Source of the DNA: Ascoidea asiatica JCM 7603
Lineage: Eukaryota; Fungi; Ascomycota
DNA: 34,491 nucleotides
Assembly: GCA_001600695.1 (NCBI GenBank)
Contig: BCKQ01000003.1
Coordinates: 257,268 to 291,758, forward strand
Direction: 5' to 3'
Each line of letters opens with the position of its first letter. The stretch's first letter is position 1. Under the pieces are notes generated by a model that saw nothing but the letters and a program-made list of their open reading frames with translations, had not been told where the DNA came from and ran no database searches. Position numbers and translations under genes: made by a program. This document shows, one piece after another, positions 19,919-31,300 of this stretch.

Positions 19919-21700
19919 ATGAAATTTAATCAATTTTTATATAATCATTTTGTACCTTTACCTCCAAAGGTAATAATAAATCAAAATTCAAATAAAATTT
20001 CATTAAATAATGATTCAATTTCAATCTCAAATAATAATAATAATGAAAAAATTTTACAATCAAATACAACTATAAATTCAAATATTGAAATTATTGAATA
20101 TAATTCAACTCAAAGAAAATTAAAAAAAAGAATGATATATTTAATTGCATTTAGTGGTGTAATTGGTACTGCAATTTTTGTTAGTATTTCAAATGGTTTA
20201 TCAAAAGCTGGTTCTTTATCTTTAATTCTAGGTTTCTCAATTTGGATGATTCCAATATTTGCAATTACTGCAACTGTTGCAGAAATGGTAACTTATTTAC
20301 CAATTCCTTCTCCTTTTATAACTTTAGCTGGTAGATGTTGTGATGAAGCTTTTGAAATTATGGCTGGTTGGAATTTTTGGTTTCTTCAAGGTTCTTTAAT
20401 ACCTTATGAAGTTGTTGGTGTAAATACTATAATTCATTATTGGAGAAATGATTATTCTGCTGCAATACCTTTAGTAATTCAAGTAATTTTATATTTATTT
20501 ATAAATATTATTGCTGTTTCAATTTATGGTGAAGTTGAATTTTGGTTATCAATTTTTAAAGTTCTTTTAGCTATTGGTTTAATGTTTTTTACTTTTATTA
20601 CAATGTTAGGTGGAAATCCAAATAATGATATTTATGGTTTTAGAAATTTTAAAACTCCAAGTGTAATGATTGAATATATTTCAATTGGTAATTGGGGTAG
20701 ATTTTTAGGTTTTTTTGCTTGTTTAATTCAAGCTTGTTTTACAATTGCAGGACCTGAATATGTTGCAATGACTGCTTCTGAAGCTATAAATCCAAGAATT
20801 ACAATTAAAAAAGCTTTCAAAGCTGTTTTTGCTAGATTAGCATTTATTTTTATAGGAATTGTATTTTGTGTTGGAATTGTTTGTTCTTCAACTGATCCTT
20901 TATTAAAAAAAGCTTTATCTTTAGGAACTCCTGGTGCTGGTGCATCTCCATTTGTTATAGCAATGACTAATTTAAATATTAAAGGTTTACCCGATTTAAT
21001 TAACGGTGCTCTTATAACTGCTGCTTTTTCTTCTGGTAATGCTTATACATATTGTTCTAGTCGTACTCTTTATGGTTTAGCCAAAGCTGGTCATGCTCCA
21101 AAAATTTTTTTAAGATGTACAAAATCTGGAGTTCCTTTATATGCTATATTGGCTTCAATGGCTTGGGCAATGCTTGCTTTTTTACAATTAGGAAATCAAT
21201 CTGCTAAAGTCTTAAATTGGATTGTTAATTTAGTCACTGCTTCACAATTAATTAATTACTGTGTTTGTTGTGTGACTTATATTTGTTTTTTTAAAGCAAT
21301 GAAAACCCAAGGAATTGATAGAAAAACATTACCTTATATTGGATATTTTCAACCATATACTGCCTATTTTGGTTTAATTTGTGCTTTTGTAATGATTTTT
21401 CTTTCAGGATATACTGTTTTTCTTCCTGGATGGTGGGATGTTGAAACATTTCTATTTTCATACATTATGGTATTTATTGATATTGCAATTTTCATAGGTT
21501 GGAAACTTCTAAGAAGAACAAAATGGAAAACAAGTGAGGAAGCTGATATAACCACTGGTTTAGCTGAAATAGAAGAATATGAAAAAGAATACGAAACAAG
21601 GAATTTTGAGGAAAAAATCAAAAAAGAGAATGATCCAATGAATTGGCTTAATCCATATTCATATTTAAAAAGAATAAATCAATTTTTTGTTTCTGATTAG
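19919..21700 (+). CDS. AGP2: APC/YAT-family amino-acid permease, Agp2-like
   Basis: 593 aa, about 12 TM. QRKLKKRMIYLIAFSGVIGTAIFV, IIHYWRNDYSAAIPLVIQVILY, YGEVEFWL, FTFITMLGGNP and ACLIQACFTIAGPEY match my recollection of Agp2. Confidence 0.88.
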   Translation: MKFNQFLYNHFVPLPPKVIINQNSNKISLNNDSISISNNNNNEKILQSNTTINSNIEIIEYNSTQRKLKKRMIYLIAFSGVIGTAIFVSISNGLSKAGSLSLILGFSIWMIPIFAITATVAEMVTYLPIPSPFITLAGRCCDEAFEIMAGWNFWFLQGSLIPYEVVGVNTIIHYWRNDYSAAIPLVIQVILYLFINIIAVSIYGEVEFWLSIFKVLLAIGLMFFTFITMLGGNPNNDIYGFRNFKTPSVMIEYISIGNWGRFLGFFACLIQACFTIAGPEYVAMTASEAINPRITIKKAFKAVFARLAFIFIGIVFCVGIVCSSTDPLLKKALSLGTPGAGASPFVIAMTNLNIKGLPDLINGALITAAFSSGNAYTYCSSRTLYGLAKAGHAPKIFLRCTKSGVPLYAILASMAWAMLAFLQLGNQSAKVLNWIVNLVTASQLINYCVCCVTYICFFKAMKTQGIDRKTLPYIGYFQPYTAYFGLICAFVMIFLSGYTVFLPGWWDVETFLFSYIMVFIDIAIFIGWKLLRRTKWKTSEEADITTGLAEIEEYEKEYETRNFEEKIKKENDPMNWLNPYSYLKRINQFFVSD

Positions 21701-22000
21701 AGCTGATGGTAAACTTCAAGCTTTGTTTCTGTTTTTTTTTTTCCCATCTTTCAATTTTCTTCTTTTTTTTTGTACTTTTTTCTTTTTTGATCTTCTCTAG
21801 TCAATTATACGCTAAAAAACAAACAATTAATTCATATAGATATTTCAAGGTAGCAATCTCAAAATTAATAGATAGATAATAAATTCCAAGATTCATTTAT
21901 TGATTCTTATTGACTTCTATATGAAAAATAATTCTCAATGCATAAAAATCAGACTATTTTTAACCTCTTTTTTTTTTTTTTTGTTCTACTTTAAATAAGA

Positions 22001-24403
22001 TCAATATAGATAATAACTCTTTGCTTCATACTTTAAATTTCCATTGGATTTTATCCCGAATTCAGACCAAGATAATCTAAATGGATTCATAAAAAAAGGT
22101 GCTTTATTTCTGTCAAAAAATCTAATTTTTCGAGTTAATTTCAATTTTAAATCTAATAAATCATAAAAATCTTGAATTGATTTATCATAATCCATGTAAG
22201 TAATCGGCGTGTTTAACCAATCAAGAGAAATATCTTTATTTTCTTTAATAAAATCTTTCAAATACTCTTCAGCTTCTAGTATCATATCTGATTTTTTATC
22301 TAACATTGTCATATTGAAAACACAATGACAGTTTAAACCAAAAATAACTACAGAATTAAAAAGGGTTTTTTTTTTAAGATTGTAGTCTAGTTCATTAAAG
22401 GAATTTACAAAATCAACAGGTTCCATATCTATAATAAATTTTAAAGTTTTTCGAGAAGTATCCATTAATATTTGAAAAATACTTGCAAGAGACACATAAA
22501 AAGATTTTTCTGCAGATTCTAATGATAAATCATATTCAATATTGTAAATTGTAGACCATTTTAATTTTTCAATATACTTTTTAAATTTATCTTTCTCAGT
22601 AGTTTTTTCAGGTTCAGAATCTCTTTCAAAAAGTATCAATGATCTATAAATATTTCCAATTGGCCAAGTTGTTAAGGGAATAATATCATCACCAGCACCT
22701 TTTAATCTTAATTCTTCAACTGAACATTTGATAGATTCCAATTCTTGAATTGAGCTTATTTCCATATATTGATACGTTTGTGTTTCTCTAATAAAAAGAT
22801 CATGATAAAGTTCATGTGGAGTTAAATGCAAATTTTTGGAAGTAAAAGAATTAAAGTAATGATTGAGTAGAAAACAATAAGACTTTAATGAATATATAAT
22901 TTGGGTAATAGTTTCTTTCTTACAAATATCACAAAGCTCAATTGATTCTTTTACTGGTTTTAAAATTTTTAAAAAATTTGAAGGTACTATAGGTAAACTA
23001 ATTAATAAATCTTTTAGCTCAAAATAACCAATAGTTGAACTACAGAAAGGGCAATTAATTGATAAAGAAATATCTTTTTTTTTTTTACATTTTGAACAAT
23101 TACAATCAAAAAAATATCTTTCTTTTAACTCATATTGTCTAAATGTCTTTAACGTATAAGGAGAAGAATAATTTGAAAAAAGTTCATCATTCATTCCAAT
23201 TTTTTTTACTGCCCTAAGTAAAATTCTATTATTTTTATATTCAAAAGTAATATTTGGGTCACAAGAATGATTAAATAAAGATATAACTGAATCCAGCATC
23301 ATACCAGTATCATGAGAAAGAGAATTATAAGTATCATAAGAATTTAGAAACATCTTTTAAAAAATGAAAAAACAGTTTGTTAGTTGAAATTCTTGTATGT
23401 CCAAAATTATAAATGAAACTATTAATGAAATTATTATGGAGAATTTCATTTTTGTTTTTTTATTTATTTTTAGTTTTAACTTACAATACAAGTATATTTT
23501 TTTATATCTATTTTCTCATCAAAGTATTTTTTATAAAATGGCAAGTCAAAATATGATAATGATTCTTGAATTTGTTCAGCAATTGGTACTCCAAGTCTAT
23601 TTGAGTCTGTTAGATTTGACAAGGTTTTTTGATGAGATAATAAAGTTCCTAATTTTTCAAATAAAGGATAATCTATATCAGCTAATATTAATATTCTCAG
23701 CAATAATATATTGTAAGGATTTGTGAACCATTTTTTAAAATTTGGAAAATTATCTTGAAAATTGATTTGAGAATTGAGTTGAGAATTGAGTTGATTTGGT
23801 TGAGAATTGAGTTGATTTGGCTGTGAATCTAAATTTCGCATCATTTCTAAAAATATTGGACATTCAATATGATGGAGACGATTAAAATGAGTTCTTTCAC
23901 AAATATTTGAACAGTAGCAAATTAAGTTACAATTTTTACAATATATTATATTTTTTTTTTCGGGATTATTATTTTCAAAATCATTATTCAAATAACTATG
24001 ATTATGTTCCCTAGGTGATATAAACTTTAGACAATTTGAACAATATAAATCTAATTGTTTATTTGAATGAAAAAAAGTAGAAGAAGCTTTTGAAGCAAAA
24101 GCATCGGGAACAAAAGAATACACTTTCTCATCTAAATTTTATAATTAGTAAATGAATTGAAATTGAATGAAGTTAAAATTTTTATTTTTTAATTTATTTA
24201 ATGAAAAAAGAAAGGAATAATTTTTGCATAAGCTAAGTAAACCCGAAAAAGTGAATCTTACTAGGCATAAATGTCAAACGACTTTTTATACCTCTACCTA
24301 AAATGCTATTTCTAGTTATATAAAAATGTATAGGAAAATAATTTCTAGAGGAGAATGGAATTGCTTCTCTTCTATCCAACGATAAAGAGGTTGTACGATT
24401 CAT
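22001..24403 (-). CDS. SET-MYND (SMYD-type) lysine methyltransferase, 3 exons, 713 aa
   Basis: Exons 24403-24262, 24131-23485 and 23353-22001 join in frame (142+647+1353=2142 nt). Exon 1 supplies the SET-N motif ILGRGIKS. Exon 2 supplies the MYND finger (CSNC...CKNC...YCSNIC...H...HIEC). Exon 3 supplies SLFNHSCDPN, ELFSNY and post-SET YFFDCNCSKC. Confidence 0.88.
23354..23484 (-). other. Spliceosomal intron 2 of the SMYD gene (131 nt, phase 0)
   Basis: GTAAGT donor, AACTAAC branch, AAG acceptor. Splicing joins YTCI to MFLNSY in frame. Confidence 0.85.
24132..24261 (-). other. Spliceosomal intron 1 of the SMYD gene (130 nt, phase 1)
   Basis: GTAAGA donor, TACTAAT branch, TAG acceptor. Splicing joins TFMP-N-EKVYSF in frame. 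Confidence 0.82.
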
Positions 24404-24848
24404 TATTGATTATTGTGAGGAGTTGGGGAAATAAGAAATTAAAAGATGCATTGAATAAAAAAAATACAATGAAGAAAAAAAAATTTAAAATATTGACTTA
24501 AACATAACTTAAAGAAGTAATAAATATTAACAAAGTTTTAAAGAGTATATTGTAAAAGAAAGTAAGGAGTTTATAATAAATTTAATTCATAATAAGAATA
24601 ATTCAGTATAATTTTGAGGTTTATTGTAGTTTCCATGAAAAACATTGTTTATTTCTCAAAACCACAAAATCAAAAATCAGACAAAACCCAACTTTGTGGG
24701 TCTTGCAAAGCGTCTATTCACACTTTTTAAATTTTTAAATCTTTCGGTGTTGTGGCTGATGTACATCCATTTATTGGAATTTTTCATATTGGGTAATTCG
24801 GAATGATGTCTTTAAAATTTAGAACCGGTTATACCAGTACCGGGAAAC

Positions 24849-24942
24849 AGGGGAACTTAAAATTCGGAACTGGGGGAGGGTTCGGGAAGTTCTGCTGAAA
24901 ATGGAAATTAAACTACGGTCAGCCGGGGTGTGAAAGCCCCGC
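24849..24942. promoter_or_regulatory. Cluster of Mig1/CreA-type GC boxes and a STRE
   Basis: AGGGG at 24849, CTGGGG at 24870, CCGGGG at 24923, CCCCGC at 24937 (SYGGRG consensus). Confidence 0.4.
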
Positions 24943-25984
24943 ACAATAGTAGCGCAATAAAACCACAATTCCCGCAATGATTTTTTTCTATCCACCAAAA
25001 GTACATAATGCACGCAATTTTACTATTATTAGAGAATAGCACGCACAATAAGAAAAAGAACATAATTTTTAAATCATCATTATTATTGGCCAAAAACATG
25101 CCGGGAGGCGGATTTATGTAAATTGAAGGAAATCCGTGTTTATGACCGAGGATGTTTTTGGATGGATCCGTTGAGCCCTGGGAAGAAATGGAAGAGGTTT
25201 CAATCAGTTCATGTGAATTATTTGAGCAGATTCAAGAAAGATTAACTGAATCACTTCATGTGAATCAATGCTTTTAAGAAACCTGGAGCAAAATTCTTTT
25301 GTTTATTTGTATTTTTTTTTTGTATGAAAAAAGTGTCAACAGACAAAATAAATACAAATAAATATAAAAAAAATGAATCACAATTTCCCTTTTCAACGAA
25401 TCAAAACTAAAATTCATCTCAAATATGAGCTTAAACTTAAATCAAATTTTAGCTTCTAAATATCCAGACTACACACAATTACAGGAATAAGTATGTGAAA
25501 ATTAGCTTATTCACTTAACTCACTCAATTAATAATAGCTTAATCAATCAATCAATCAATCAATTAATCATCCTATCGTTCCAGTTTCCATATCCTTTTGT
25601 AAATATTTACCTTTTTCCCATGACTGGCTTGCTTTGATTCAGATTTAATTATAATCATTAGTAAGACTAGAAGTGGTTGTTCTGGAATTCTCCAGAAAGT
25701 CTGGAGATATAAGCTTAATGTCTTTTTGATCATTTTCATATAATATCTTTTATCTTATCATAGTCCAATAAAAGATCTATTTATTTCCATGATCAATTGA
25801 AATTATATATATAAAGAAGAATTTCTTCTTTTCTTAATTCTATGATTCCTATTGAAAAAAAAAAAAAAAAACTATTCATACTAACATTTAACATCAAGTA
25901 ACAAATATTCTATTATTAAATTATAAAATTAATCAAAAGTTATTTTCAATAATTAAAATTATTTCATAAAAACTAAAATAAAAA

Positions 25985-26290
25985 ATGTTCTCTTTAACTA
26001 CAAAAAATTTATTAAAAGTTTCCCCTAGAAGATCTTGTTCAAGAATAACTTCAATTGCTTCTTTTTATTCAGGTTCTATCTCAAGATTAGAAACAGTAAA
26101 AAGTGAAGAACATACAAATACAAGAGTTAATAATGCTTTAAATGATACAATAAAACTAGGTAATTCAACAACTACAAATACTCATGAAGACGGTTCTGCT
26201 TTTGAACCAATTATATATTCTGAAGCTGATGTTGAAACTGCAAGTTCTGCAACTCAAATTCAATCAAACTTAAAGAAGCTTGGCTTATAA
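25985..26290 (+). CDS. Small (101 aa) probable mitochondrial protein
   Basis: AAAA-ATG context, TATATAAA about 175 bp upstream. The N-terminal 35 aa are R/K/S/T/L-rich with no acidic residues (presequence-like); the C-terminal part is acidic. Confidence 0.7.
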   Translation: MFSLTTKNLLKVSPRRSCSRITSIASFYSGSISRLETVKSEEHTNTRVNNALNDTIKLGNSTTTNTHEDGSAFEPIIYSEADVETASSATQIQSNLKKLGL

Positions 26291-26893
26291 TCATTTATAA
26301 TTATAAAAAACTTATTCAAATTTCAATTCTCTTTCTATCTTTATTTTTCTTTCTTTATTTCTTTAATCTCTATTCATTCTATGTCTCTTCAGTTTTATCT
26401 TTAATGATCTTTTAAACTTATGCATATTTTCAAATAACAAACTTACACTACAATAATACTATGTATCATATTTATATATATATATATCAATTATAAAAAT
26501 ACATAATAAAAACATAAAACTTCCATTGCCTATTACAATAGTCAAATGATATACAACTTACTCTCTAGCACCAGACCCGCAAGACTGGCGTCACGTAATT
26601 ATTGTGCAATTCTTTAAGACCGCTTTTTTAATTAATTTCCATTACAATGGTACTGCGTTTCCTTCATTCTATTTTCAATTTGATCAATCAATTGATTCAA
26701 TTTAATGAAAACAAATTAAACAATGAAAAATATAGAAAATATAAAAAATAAAAAATATAAAAAAGCATAAACTATTTCTCTTTTTATTTATTTTCATATT
26801 CAAAAGAATAGTTTTTATGTCTTGATTTTTAAATATTCAGATAATAGTTATACTAAAATAATATAATCAACTTCATTAAAAAAAACAAAAAAA

Positions 26894-27337
26894 ATGGGTC
26901 CTTTTGTAATTATTTTAGTTGTAATAGTGGTGATTTTTTTCATGTTTTTATTACCATTAGTTTCAGGTATTGGATCTTTTCAAATTGATAATGATTTAAA
27001 ATATAAATATAGAGAAGATCGTAAAAATAATGAAAAAAAACAAGAAAATGATGAAAATGATGAATCAAATGCTATAACTTCAAGTTCAAATACTTATATT
27101 TCTCCTGATCAACAATTTAATTTAAATCAAATAAAAAAGAAAAATAAAAAAAATAATATTGAAATTATTAAAAATAAAATTCAAAATGTAACTAAAGAAA
27201 ATATTCCAATTACTTTTAAAGCAAATGATATTGAGAAAATTAAAGAAAAACTACAATCTAAAAAACAAATAAATTTCTCAAAAAATTTAAATAATAATGA
27301 TCCAAATTTATTTGATTATAATATTGATGAATTATAA
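26894..27337 (+). CDS. Uncharacterised single-pass membrane protein
   Basis: N-terminal hydrophobic anchor MGPFVIILVVIVVIFFMFLLPLVSGIG, charged tail, ends DPNLFDYNIDEL. Confidence 0.7.
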   Translation: MGPFVIILVVIVVIFFMFLLPLVSGIGSFQIDNDLKYKYREDRKNNEKKQENDENDESNAITSSSNTYISPDQQFNLNQIKKKNKKNNIEIIKNKIQNVTKENIPITFKANDIEKIKEKLQSKKQINFSKNLNNNDPNLFDYNIDEL

Positions 27338-27512
27338 ATTAAATGTTTAATAAAAAAATTTAAAACAATTTATACAGTTTACATTGATTAAATGATATAA
27401 TGATATTTTCTTTTTTCTATATACAAAATATTTTTTTCTTTTTAAGCTCAATAGCATCTTTTTATTTCCTTTTTTTTTCATTTTAATCTCATTTTAATCT
27501 CATTTTATAATC

Positions 27513-27918
27513 TTAATGAATATCTCGTATACCTTCTTCTGATAACATTTCAAGTCTTCTATGACCAACTCTTATCAAATGCTCTATAGTTGTGAAATCT
27601 CTCTTTGGTATATTTGAAAACTTTGCAAACTCACTTCTTATATAAATTCGAAAATTTTCTTGATTATTCTGAAATTAAATGAAACGCAAAAAAAAGTAAG
27701 ATTAGAAAATTTAATTCAAATAAAAAGTAAACTAATTCAAAATCACTAAAATACTTACAATAGGTTTTTTATAAACTGCTTTCATGCACATTTTATATAA
27801 CTTGAGAGCTTTTAGATCAAAATTAAAATAATATTAGAATCCATTTTTTTTTCTTTATAAAAATATTCATTAATTGAATCAACATACCTTCTCTTTGTAG
27901 TCCAGAATGCCTAACCAT
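27513..27918 (-). CDS. SDH6: Succinate dehydrogenase assembly factor 1 (LYR family), 3 exons, 78 aa
   Basis: Exons 27918-27888, 27808-27759 and 27668-27513 (31+50+156=237 nt) give MVRHSGLQREALKLYKMCMKAVYKKPINNQENFRIYIRSEFAKFSNIPKRDFTTIEHLIRVGHRRLEMLSEEGIRDIH. This matches the Sdh6/SDHAF1 motifs SGLQ.E.L.LY and DFTTIEHL.RVG. Absent from the ORF track. Confidence 0.93.
27669..27758 (-). other. Spliceosomal intron 2 of SDH6 (90 nt, phase 0)
   Basis: GTAAGT donor, TTCTAAT candidate branch, CAG acceptor. Confidence 0.9.
27809..27887 (-). other. Spliceosomal intron 1 of SDH6 (79 nt, phase 1)
   Basis: GTATGT donor, TTCTAAT candidate branch, AAG acceptor. Confidence 0.88.
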
Positions 27919-28310
27919 TTTTCTATATATTTACTCCTTTGATTATCACCTTTGATCTACTATAATATATTATTACTCTTATTTGATAATTCAATGGCAA
28001 TTACTATAACTTAATAAATTGTTTTCTGTTCATTCAATGCTTCTTTTTATTATTGTTCAATTAGTAATAATTTTGAGTGCTTTAATTTTTGGACATTTGC
28101 TGAATTTGTAGTGGAGTTTGATTAAAGCCAGTCTAATGGGTCCACTGCTCTTACCGTAAACCTTATTTCGAGGCATATAAACAAATAATTACATAAGTGG
28201 ATTATTAATTTTTTAATTTACTAATTGATGAGTGTTATTTGAAAACAAAAAAGTATTTATTTCCAAAAATATAAAACAAAACGTCAATATAAATACACAA
28301 TAACATATTA

Positions 28311-31300
28311 TTAAGCTAAGTTATTATCGCTATCTTCGTTCAAGATTCCAATGGCTGATGCAAATCTAACTAATACTCTTTGAACTTCTCTGTTTTTACT
28401 ACAACTCAAAATTATTTCTTTTAATAATTCAATTCTATCATATCCACAAATAGTATTGTTTTCCTTATTGACTGATTTTTTTTTATTCGGTTCTTTTACT
28501 TTAACCTCCGTTATAGTAGAATCTCCATCTTGATCAAATTCAACAGATTTTTCATTTGTTTTAGTTTCTAAATTGTTTTCTTCTTTATTTTTTTTGCTTT
28601 TAGTATTATACAATCCACTGAATACCTCACCATCTCCTTCATCATTTTCATCATCACTTGGAATTAAATCTTCAATTTCTTGTTCATCATCATCATCATC
28701 ATTACTATATAATTCTAGACAAATTTCTAATAGTTTATTTTGAAGTCCAAGTTCACTAATTCTAACACAATAATTAATTAGCAATCTTTTAAATTCTTCA
28801 TTATCTTCAAGTAATTTACATATTATAATTTTATTTTCTAAATGTGCTAAAGATATTGAATTTTCTAAATTTTCAAAACCTTGTTTCATTAACATTATTT
28901 TAGAAATTTTTTTAAAAAAATCTCCTTTATTTTTTCTTAATAATTCTTCATTTGTTCTTGCTTCTAATAATGTAATAATATTTGGTTTTAAAAATAATGA
29001 ATTTGATGAATTTCCATTATTGGAACTAAATCCTGAAAAATTTGAAGTATTATTTGAATTCCAATAATGTGAACCAAATGCCCACCAAAATTCACTAATT
29101 GTACACCAACTACACATATTTTTATCATATAAATATCCATTTCCATTTGTTAAAGTAATTATTGGTATACCTTTATTTGTTATAGAACACATTGTAAGAT
29201 TTTCAGATTTTGTTAAAATATCATCTTGTAATCTTGAACTTGCATCTAATAATGAATAAAGATTTGTTGGTTTAAAAACTGATTTTTTTTCAATTATATT
29301 CCAAACAAAAACTTCACCAACTGAAGTTATAGCCATTAAATAATCATTTTTAGATTCAAGAAATGAAATTGTTGAACCTAAAACCATTGGAGGTAATAGT
29401 CTTCTACCAGAATTTGAATAAACAATAATTTGTCCATCTAAAGTTGCAATTGCCCAAAATCCATTTTCACTACCCGTACAAAGATTAATTAATTTTGGTA
29501 TAAAATCTACAAATAATTGTTTTGAAAATTCATTTGAAGATTTTGAATTAATATTAGAAGTATTATTATTTTCTTCATTTCTCGGTATTATTGATTGATT
29601 TGAATTTGAATTTGAAGATGAATTTAAATTTAAAGATTTTAAATTATTAATTTCAGATTGATTTAAAAATGGATTTTTTGAAATTAATGAAATTCTTGTT
29701 GGTTTTTGTTCAGTTCCATTACCATTATTAATTTCTAAAGTTAGATATTTATCAATTATTGAATTTATGGATAATGAATATTTTGATTGTGGAGCTGAAA
29801 GTCTAATTTTTGAAAAAGATATTGAAGGATTTATAATTATTGTATTTATAATTTCAATTGGTTCAATTTTTTTTTTTAATTTTTTATTACTATTATTAAT
29901 TGTATTTCCATTTGAATCTGAGTCAAAATCTATATGTTTTCTTTTTATAGTATTATTGAAAATTTCTTTTGGTATTAAATTTGATGGATTTGAATATTCA
30001 ATTGATGAATTTTCTAGTTTTTTAATCTGAGAAATATCTGAATCAGGCAATTGTATAGTTTTTTTATTTTTATTTTCATTATTTTCATTAATGATTATTT
30101 CCTTATTATTTTCATTTACAATTTCTTTATTACTTTCTTTATTTATTTTCTCAATTTTTTTAGCTTCTTTTTCATTGATATTTTCATTAATTTCTTGATT
30201 ATTAATTTTTTCAAAATTTGGTAAATTAAATTTAAAAATATCATTTTTTTTAATAGATTGAGATTGAATTGAATTTGGAGCAGGTATTAAATTTATCATT
30301 TGAATTAATTTTGAATTTTGATATTTTAAACCTAATTCATTATTTAAAAATTTTAAAACAATTATTGAACCATCTTTAGTAACTAGAATTAATAAATCAT
30401 TTTTTTTTGACCATTCAAGATCTAAAATTGAAGATTTTGAAATATTTTTAACAATTAATAATGGTTTTTCTTTAATTGTTTTCCAAATTGCTAGAGTATT
30501 ATCAGAACCAGAAGTTGCTAAAATTGAGAAAAATTGATTTGATTTTTTATCATGAAATAAATTTGGTGAAAATTTTGAAACTTCACAAGTTGAGAAATTA
30601 TGACCAATGAATGAATAAATTGGTTTCCAATTTGATCTATTAAGTAAAGCAACAGTTGATATTGAAGAATTTACAGTAGTTAAAGAATTAATAGAGGTAT
30701 TCGAATTTATATTATCGATATTTGAATCTATATTATTATTATTATTACTGATGTTAACATTGCTATTGATATTATTATTAATATTATCATTGATGTTATC
30801 ATTATTATTATTATTATTATTAATTGTTGAATTTTTTAAAAATATTTTATTTGAATTTGAAAATAAAGCATTTGGAATTGCAACTAATGAGGCATTTGGA
30901 GACCAATTGAAATTTCTAAATTTTAAATTTAAAGATTTATTTAAAATTGAAGTTGAATTTAAAATTTTTGAAAATTGAATAAATTTTAAATTAATTGAAA
31001 AATTTAATTGAAAAATACATAAATTATTATCATCAGAAATTGTGATTAAGAAATTATTTGTTGGATCTATGGATATACCTTTAACAGGACCATTAAAATC
31101 ATTAATTGAAGATATATAAATATAATTTGGAATATTTTTATTGTTATTATCAATTGTGATTGTATGATTTGAATAAAAGATTAGTATTTTATTATTTACA
31201 GAAGAAATTACTAAAATCTTATCATCATTTGTTAAAGCAATATCTATTAATGAATTTTGAAAATCTTCAATTTCTTTTAAATCACTATCATTATCATTGT

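Noticed and set aside
22001-24123. SMYD locus as a pseudogene or frameshifted gene
   Set aside because: The breaks are fully explained by two in-phase GT-AG introns.
28108-28190. Hairpin GTAGTGGA...TCCACTGC followed by ACA (H/ACA snoRNA?)
   Set aside because: No convincing H box or second hairpin; more simply part of the SDH6 promoter.
1375-30678. Recurrent TACTGTA/TACAGTA word (1375, 2029, 4508, 13463, 15548, 16808, 19346, 30672)
   Set aside because: About eight copies is roughly what base composition predicts for a 7-mer on two strands in 34 kb.
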